Below are positions 56,951 to 64,000 of a stretch of DNA of 64,000 nucleotides, piece after piece (position 1 is the first letter of the stretch; each line of letters starts with the position of its first letter). The notes under the pieces were generated by a model. It had not been told where the DNA came from, ran no database searches, and worked only from the letters and a program-made list of their open reading frames with translations. The stretch is from Spirochaetia bacterium (GTDB lineage Bacteria > Spirochaetota > Spirochaetia > SZUA-6 > Bin103). The stretch covers positions 544,001 to 608,000 of the forward strand of contig CBDBOV010000006.1 in the NCBI GenBank assembly GCA_965208575.1, in the 5' to 3' direction. A program made the translations under genes and the position numbers.

Positions 56951-58195
56951 GAGTATTTCGCTCCCTGTATGTCATAACCGTAGTTTGCCTTGACCGCTTC
57001 CGGCCACTCCTCATAGGGGACGTGGAACCCGAGGGTGGCCGTCCCCATCGTCCCCTGCGGTGTCGTCACGCCCAAACCACCATAGAGGCCCTCGTTGATT
57101 GCCTCGTTGTCTATTGCCAACTGCATCGCCTGACGCACCCGGATGTCATCAAAGGGCGGCTTGCGCACATCCATGGCAGCGGACGTATTCGATTTACCGA
57201 ATATGGTGGTCGTGATCACGAGTTCAGGGTCGGTCCGCTGGAGGCTCTCTGCGTCGTCCCTGTTGAGAGCTTCGCCAATACCCCCAAGAGAGCGACCTTA
57301 CCGGTCCGTAGTGCCGCAAGTCGTGTAGACGCATCTGGCATGTATAAGATCTTCAGCTCGTCTGAGTAAGGCAGACGGTTCCCCGGGAACTTCTCATCGT
57401 CTTTCCAGTAGTTGAGATTCTTGGTATAGGTGCGGCTGCTGCCCTCCACCCAGTCGACCAGCTCATAGGGCCCGGTGCCGACCAGGTTTCTCCAATCCTG
57501 AACGCTGCCATGCTCATTGATTACCTCGGGGGGATATATCCGGCCACCCTCAAAGGAGTCGTAAAGAAAGACATCCAACGCGGTGAAGGATATCTGCTTC
57601 AGCTTGACAACAAACGTATGCCCGTCGGCCGCCTCTATCGATTCAATAGGCAAGCTGGTGATAAGGCCGCCGTTCGGGCTCTTCTCGGTGAAACCGCTGC
57701 CCAGGGCCGTAAGTCGGTGAAAGTTGAACACAACGTCATCGGCAGTGAGCTCGCGTCCGTTCATCGGCGCCTTGTCGTGCCAGTGAATGCCCGCGCGGAT
57801 TTTGAATATTATGGTCAGGGGATCCGGTGTTCGTAGCTCTCCGCCAGGTGTGGTTTAACTACGTCTCTAGGAGTATACCACCCATGGTTAAAGGGCCATT
57901 TGTCTCTGGGTATTGCCCAATCCACCATGCCGAGTTTCTCGAGAACGGCGCCGCGTTCCAGGTATTGTGACCCCCACCACGAGTCAAGGTGCGCCGGTTC
58001 CCGCGCATAAGGCAAAACAAGTTGCCCACCATATTGTGGCGCGTTGATCATCTCGCCGGTGGCCGGGTCGAGCACCATTTCCTGCTCGCTCGGCGCGGCC
58101 GCCGCCTCGCCTTCGCTGGCCGGGCCGGCAAACGCAGCGGCCGCCACCAGCGCGAACGCCAGTGCAATCGACATTAGTGTAGAAGCTCCTTTCAT
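56947..58195 (-). pseudogene. Third family 5 SBP gene, frameshifted twice and 3'-truncated
   Basis: MVLDPATGEM..PQYGG, GTGPY, PFDDIRVRQAM over three ORFs (breaks near 57830 and 57270); similarity ends at YGYD (~56970). Confidence 0.88.
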
Positions 58196-58283
58196 TGTGC
58201 TTCTCCCTTACGTGTCGGGCACGGATGTGCCCCGTTTCTGGAAATGCCAGCAACGCTGGACGCTGTGGTCTGGTGGAAACGCA

Positions 58284-58361
58284 GCCGACGCGGTCGGCCG
58301 TTGGACGCCCGGACGCATGGCGGCCGACGTGGTCGGCCGTTGGAAGCTCGGATGCGTGGCG
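58284..58361. repeat. Two tandem 39-bp units, each starting with a GCCGAC-NNN-GTCGGC hairpin
   Basis: 58284-58322 and 58323-58361, about 85% identical. Confidence 0.8.
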
Positions 58362-58682
58362 GGTATGCGCCGCGCGGAAAGAGGACGCCGCGCTCAGCAC
58401 CGGCGGACCGGTTGGCTACTAGCGCGCGGTTAGTGAGCGGTGAGCGGTGGTAGCTCGCTACACATCAGGACGTCATCTTGCCAAATTCGCCGGAGCGGCG
58501 CAAGTGGCCGTAATGTTGGGGTGCGAACGCGGAAAGCGGTACGCAGGTCATTGCAGCATGGTCTACCCGCTCGATGGCACGGATGCGAACATCCGGGGAC
58601 TGGCGAACTGGATCGGCGGCGCGATGGAGCGGCCTTACACCGACCGCCGGCAGTCGGAGCGCAGGCTTCCACGACGGCGCGG

Positions 58683-60551
58683 TCACGCCTCAGCCCGCTC
58701 GATTGCCGCCTGCGATCCGACGGTGCGCCCGTGTTCGTTCGGATCGACCGCGGAGACCGGAGCGCGCCGGGCTTCATTCGGCACACTCTCGGCGTGAGCA
58801 TGGCGCTGAGCGTGGCGCAACCTGTGGTGCGCTCGACAATGGAGCGTCAGATTCCGCGGCACCGCGCCGCCGCCGAGCGCGAACGGCACGATGTGGTCGA
58901 TCTCCAGCCGATAGCGGGAGCCGCAGCGCCGCCCGCTGCGGCGGTCGACATAGGTGCAACAACCCTGGTCGCGGCGCCACACCTCCCGCTTCACCGCTAC
59001 CGGGATGTACCGCGACCGGGAGCCCGGCACCGCGCCGAGGCTGCGCAACGCGGCAAGGTGCCGCTCCACTGCCGGCGAACGCACCGCCGGCCCCACCGCG
59101 CCATGCCCGGCGGCGTACGCCAGCCGCTTCGCCGCCGACTCCGAGCGCCGGACCGTGTCCCGCACCGGCGCGGACTTCGGGCCGCCGCGCTCGGCCTCCG
59201 TGTCCCGCTTCGCCGCCGAAACCGCCGGACCGGTGCCGTTCCGTGCGACCGCGTGCGGCCTGCGCCCGGGTTGGGCTTCGGATCGGCACTTCGCTGGCGA
59301 AGTGGTGTGCGCACCGCTGTTCGGCGCCGCCGCCCGTGACGCGCTGCCGTACCCGGTGACCGAGTGGCGCTTCGCCGGCGAAGTGGTGTGCCCCTCTCTG
59401 TCCCCCACCGGCGCGGACTCGTTCGGCGCCGAATCGGAGCAGCGGACAATATCCCGCACCGCCGTGGAGTTCGTTTCGCCATGCTCGACCTCCGCAGGCC
59501 GCTTCGGGGCCGAGGGACCGGGCAGGTCATTCGCAGCCGCCGACTTCGCGCCGCCGCACGCGTCCTCCGCACGCTGTTTCGCCGCCGACACCGCCCCACC
59601 GTCGCCGTCCTGCGTCACCGCACGCGACGCCCGACCGAGTTCGGCCTCGGCGTGGCGATTCGCCGGCGAACCGTTGAGCTCACCGCTGACCGGTAGCGCC
59701 GGCGTGCTCGCGGATCCTGCGCCGTCGACCGAGCCGCCACCGCCCGTACGCCGCACACGCGGCGGCCGAGCCGGGTCGTAGCGGTCCAGGCCGTCGCGCA
59801 CCAGCCGCGCCACCAGCCCGCCCAGCGTCAGGTGCGGATCCGTGTGCGACAGCAGCATCAGCAGCTTCTCCAGCCCGTGCCGGCACTCCGCGTCGACCGC
59901 CGCCTTCAACTCCCAGCGCCCGCCTCCGAGCGCGCGCAACCGGTCGCTCGGCTGCGCCAACTCCGGGTCCACCTCGGCCAGCATCTGCTGCACTTCGCGC
60001 GTGCTCTTGCCCGCCGCCTGCCGGACCAGCTTCTCCCGCGCCGCCGCGTCCAGCACCGGCCCGGCTGCCGGTGGCGCCGGATCGTGCTCGCCGCCGCGCG
60101 CCGGCGCCGCCGGTCCCGGGTCGCCCGGTGCGCCGTCACTCGGTGGCGCACCGCCCACGGCGCCACCTGCTCCGGTACTTACCGGCGGGCGGCCCCGGTT
60201 GCGGTCGTTGCGCTCGAACAGGTTCTGCAGTTGCGCCGCGTTGCTCAGGTTCAGCGAGCCGTCCTGCAGCAGCTCACGCGCAGCGCCGGTCCCGGTGCAC
60301 AGCCGCATCGCCTTGATGCGCCGCCAGGCGGCGGCCGCGGTGTAGCCCAGTTCGTGCACGACGTAGTCGAACAGACTGCCATACCCGCGGGTCAGGTGGA
60401 GGCTGCGCGCCTCGATCTCGCGCAGGTGGTCGAGCACCAGGATCTGCAGCGCCTGTTCGTGGCGGGCGAGCCGCCGGGTCTGCGCCAGCAGGAGGTAGTC
60501 GGGCAGCGCGGCGACGGTGGACTAGGGGGTGGGAGACGGCACGGCATCCAT
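58683..60551 (-). CDS. HNH endonuclease with DUF222-like helical N-terminus and repeat linker; TAG at codon 10
   Basis: HLREIEAR.L.L.RGYGSLFDYVVHELGY N-terminus; RYIP..VKREVWRRDQGCCTY...C...IDHIVPFALGG...NL..HCRAHH; ATG 60551, TAG 60522-60524, alternative GTG starts downstream. Confidence 0.85.
59068..59670. repeat. In-frame array of a palindromic 12-bp core with ~81-bp period
   Basis: TTCG(C/G)nG(C/G)CGA at 59128, 59209, 59290, 59371, 59422, 59503, 59578, 59659, plus a partial copy at 59068. Confidence 0.85.
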
Positions 60552-60557
60552 GTCGTA

Positions 60558-60566
60558 AGTATACCA
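60558..60566 (-). promoter_or_regulatory. Extended -10 promoter (TGGTATACT) for a leaderless HNH transcript
   Basis: TGnTATACT ends 6 nt before ATG 60551; no SD. Confidence 0.6.
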
Positions 60567-61042
60567 TGGGATTCAAAATAGCCGATTTTCCCGAGTCCTC
60601 GACGGCGGTGAAACGGCGCCCGGAAGGCCGCGCCACGGGGCGCTGTCGCGGCAACGGAGGCCAAGTCGTTCCGGGGCAGTCGGAGGGACCGCCGCGCGCC
60701 GTAGCGAGCCACCATGAGCCCCGAAAATCGCGTCAAGGGGTGCGCGCAGTTTTTTCGCGATTTTTTCCGTGCTCACGATCTGCCGGGACGGCACGCTGCC
60801 TGGTCCGAAATTCCTGTGGGTCGGCGATGCTCGGGCATCGGTTTTCATCGTCTTCCATATCACGGAGTCACCGTACTGCCTCATGCATCTCACTTTCGGT
60901 CCACGGCTACCGCTTTCGGCGTTCCCACCCTAATGTTGACTGCTCACTGGGTCGCGGGGCCATGCCTGCCGGTGTAGCATGTTACACTCCACGAAAAGGC
61001 GCCGGGCCAACCCCCGAAGCGTCGTCAACGAGGGTCGCAACC

Positions 61043-62619
61043 ATGCGTTCGTTCAACACTGCCGGTCCCGTCAAGCCCGCCAGGCACTATTGCATCCCGC
61101 CGCTTGAGCGCATCGACCTGGACGGGGTCCTTGGGCTGGTGCGAGACGAGCGGCACTTCGTGCTCCATGCCCCGCGGCAGACCGGCAAGACATCCGCGCT
61201 GCTCGCGCTGGCCGAGGTGCTGAACGGGCGCGGCTACCGGTGCGTGTACGTTACCTTCGAGACCGCCCGCACCGCGCGCGACGACGTGCAGCGGGCATGC
61301 GCACGGTGCTCGTCAGGCTGGCCTCGCAGGCGCGGACGACGCTGGATGACGGCTTTCTGGACGACATCTGGCCGGACATTCTGGCGCGCGTCGGTCCGGA
61401 CGAGGCACTGGGTGAAACGCTGTCCCGTTGGGCGCAGGCGTCACCGGGACCGCTGGTGCTGCTGATCGACGAGATCGACACGCTGGTGGGCGATTCGCTG
61501 CTGTCGGTGCTCCAGCAGCTCCGCGCCGGCTACCCAACGCGCCCGGAGCGCTTCCCGCACAGCGTGGTCCTGTGCGGCATGCGTGACCTGCGCGACTACC
61601 GCATGGGCGCCGCCGGCAGCCCGTTCAACATCGCCGCGAAGTCGCTGCGGCTGGGCGACTTCACGCGCGGGCAGACGTTGGCGCTGCTGGCCCAGCACAC
61701 CGAGCAGACCGGCCAGGCTTTCGCACCCGAGGCGCTGGAGGCGGTGTGGACGCAGACCCGCGGCCAGCCCTGGCTGGTGAACGCGCTGGCGTACGGCGTC
61801 TGTTTCGAGAACGAGACGCTGCGCGAAGACCGGTCCCGCACGGTGAGGGCGGATGACATCGCGGCGGTGCGCGAGGAGTTGATCGTGAACCGGGTGACGC
61901 ACCTCGACTACCTGGCCGACAAGCTGCGCGAGGATCGCGTGCGGCGGGTGATCGAGCCGATGCTGAGCGGCACCCACCGGCACGCCTTCACGGACCGCGA
62001 TGTCGGGTACGCGCGCGACCTCGGGCTGCTGGCCCGCGACGCGCCGCTGCGGGTGGCCAACCCGATCTACGCCGAGGTGCTGCCGCGCGAACTCGCGTGG
62101 GTGGCGCAGGAGACGCTGGAGCTGTCGCCGCCGCGCTACGTGAGGGCCGACGGCAGCCTGGACGCGGAGTTGCTGATGGCGGAGTTCCAGGACTTCTTCC
62201 GCCGCCACTCCGAGCACTGGCGGAACCGCTTCGCGTACGAGGAAGCGTGGCCGCTGTTGCTGTTGCAGGCGTACCTGCAGCGGGTGGTGAACGGCGGCGG
62301 CCGCATCGAGCGGGAGTACGCGCTCGGGAGCGGGCGGGTGGACCTGTTGATCGTGTGGCCGCTGGCCGACCGGGTGCAGGAGTTCGTGGTGGAGTGCAAG
62401 GTGGTGCGCGCGCACGACGGGCCCGAGCGCGTGGTGGACGAGGGCGTGGAGCAGACGGCGCGCTACGTGGACCGCTGCGCCGCGGAGGCGGGTCACCTGG
62501 TGGTGATCGACCAGCGGGAGAACCGGAGCTGGGAGGAGAAGATCTCCCGCACCCGGCGCCGCTCGGCGCACCAGCGGCGCGGCGGCGGCGCCGTGCCGGT
62601 AGCGGTGTGGGGGATGTGA
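61043..62619 (+). pseudogene. AAA-like (AAA_35-type) ATPase with C-terminal PD-(D/E)XK domain, 1-bp frameshift
   Basis: MRSFNTAGP, APRQTGKTS in one frame; LLIDEID, REYALGSGRVD, VECK in another; break near 61297. Confidence 0.87.
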
Positions 62620-62759
62620 GTAGGCGGCGAATCGAACTGTGCCCGGCGCTGCGCGACGCGTGCTTCACCCGTCCGTTGCACGCCGCTGATACTGGCAAGC
62701 GGCGGACCGGTTGCGAGCCTTCGACCGAAGCGCGCGGCACGGGTCGGGAGAGAGGCGAC

Positions 62760-62990
62760 ATGGACAGAATCATCGTTGATGCAAGGGTTCACTTCGGCAA
62801 GCCGTGCGTCGCCGGTACGCGAATCACGGTACAAGATGTCCTGGAACTCGTCGATCAGGATCTCCCCTTTGACCGGATCATTCAGGACTACTACCCCGAC
62901 TTGACCGCCGCTGACATTCATGCCTGCATCCGCTATGCGATTGCCCTGGTGGGCGCAGAGGATATCCGTCTGCGGGCGGCGCCCGTCTGA
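62760..62990 (+). CDS. DUF433 antitoxin-like protein
   Basis: VHFGKPCVAGTRITV...YPDLTAADIHACIRYA. Confidence 0.9.
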   Translation: MDRIIVDARVHFGKPCVAGTRITVQDVLELVDQDLPFDRIIQDYYPDLTAADIHACIRYAIALVGAEDIRLRAAPV

Positions 62991-63348
62991 GGTTTCTGCT
63001 CGACCAGGATGTCTACGCCTCCACTGCCCGGCACCTGGCTGGCTTGGGCCACGATGTTCAGCGCGCCGCTGACATCGGCCTGTCGAGAGCCGCGGATGAG
63101 GAGTTGCTCGAAGCGGCTCAGAAACAGGGCCGGTTGTTCGTCACCCGGGACCGCGACTTTGGTCGCATCGTCTTTCTGAAGCGCAAGCGCGCAGGGTTCT
63201 CTATCTCCGTATGATGCCCGCAATGCAACATGCCGTTCATGAGGTGCTTGCGGAGGTACTCCGAACCAATAACGAGACCGTGCTGGCTCAAGCATTCGTC
63301 GCGATCACCCCCGGCGGTTATCGAATCAGAGAGCTGACGAACATGTAA
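62987..63348 (+). pseudogene. DUF5615/VapC45-like PIN toxin, CTG start, frameshift near 63195
   Basis: LRFLLDQDV...LGHDV...DEELL...VTRDRDFG, continuing in another frame as VLYLRM...GGYRIR; not in the ORF track. Confidence 0.8.
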
Positions 63349-63532
63349 TGACGACAGTGCATGATTCGGGAGTGCCGGTGCTCGACATGGATGCCGTGGC
63401 AGCCGCCTCGCCGTGTGGGCCACCGTGATGGACACACGTTTCGTGCGCCGGGCTTCATACTACCAGCTCACGATTCGACGGATGGTGATGAAGCGCCGTC
63501 GGCTCGGTGCTGATCGGTGTCGGCGTCGGCTC

Positions 63533-64000
63533 TTACGCCTTCAGCCCGGTCAACGCGATACCCCGGACGAAGTACTTCTGAGCGAACAGGAAGACCACGA
63601 GTATCGGTATCACGGCGATGCTCGCGCCCGCCATTCGCGCACCCTCCTCCTGAAACTCCACGCCCTGGGAAAAAAACGCCAGACCCTGCTCCAGAAGCAT
63701 CTTGTTGGTTGTGTTCAGGATGATGAGCGGCCACAGGAAGTCGGTCCAGGAGTGCATGAATGAGAAAATGGCGATGGTGCCGATTGCCGGCTTGATGAGC
63801 GGCACGACGATGTGCCGGTAGCGCCCGATGATCGTGCAACCGTCGATCTTCGCCGAATCGAGAAGGTCGTCCGGTATCGCTTTCATGTTCTGTCTGAAGA
63901 AAAAGATCGCAAATCCCGTTATGAGAGCGGGAATGACGACCGCGGCATGGGTATCGACAAGCCCCAATTGATCCATCAACAGGTACAGCGGGACCAGCCG
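63533..64000 (-). CDS. Carbohydrate ABC permease, partial (runs off window)
   Basis: IPDDLLDSAKIDG, WTDFLWPL, FAQKYFVRGI. Confidence 0.9.
   Translation of the reverse strand, partial: RLVPLYLLMDQLGLVDTHAAVVIPALITGFAIFFFRQNMKAIPDDLLDSAKIDGCTIIGRYRHIVVPLIKPAIGTIAIFSFMHSWTDFLWPLIILNTTNKMLLEQGLAFFSQGVEFQEEGARMAGASIAVIPILVVFLFAQKYFVRGIALTGLKA

Noticed and set aside
59068-59670. CRISPR array
   Set aside because: Core is only ~12 bp and degenerate, spacers are partly related to each other, the array is in frame within a CDS, and there are no cas genes in the window.
1-64000. rRNA, tRNA, prophage, integron, retron or DGR
   Set aside because: No recognisable structural RNA, phage gene, integrase or reverse transcriptase; differences between duplicated segments are not obviously adenine-specific.

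Overview
High-GC (roughly 68-70% by eye) bacterial chromosome segment with no rRNA, tRNA or CRISPR. The gene content resembles that of host-associated marine (sponge-type) symbionts, and the solute-binding-protein leaders (LWAGGEEE, FAASEAE) suggest Spirochaetota; both points are inference. Content: many ABC transporters (polar amino acid, Aap/Bzt, Lpl-type sugar, a duplicated 3.9-kb peptide/nickel-family module), catabolic enzymes (LLM oxidoreductase, Rieske plus amidohydrolase-fold protein, acyl-CoA ligase, single-chain acyl-CoA carboxylase, crotonase, three Zn-dehydrogenases, TauD and two PhyH dioxygenases, PLP decarboxylase, omega-aminotransferase, sulfatase), four TA-type loci, three AAA ATPases and an AbiE-like plus restriction-nuclease defence islet. 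The most unusual features are: (1) an HNH endonuclease gene whose linker is an in-frame array of a palindromic 12-bp core (TTCGCCGGCGAA-like) recurring mostly every 81 bp, with long non-coding flanks; (2) two copies of a sharply bounded 1.3-1.45 kb element encoding an Rpn-like PD-(D/E)XK protein with a heptad-repeat tail of variable length, each abutting lower-GC decayed DNA on the same side; (3) several 'collapsed' genes in which only short 5' and internal/3' pieces remain spliced together, three of them with an intact parent in this window. Several single-base frameshifts could be sequencing errors.
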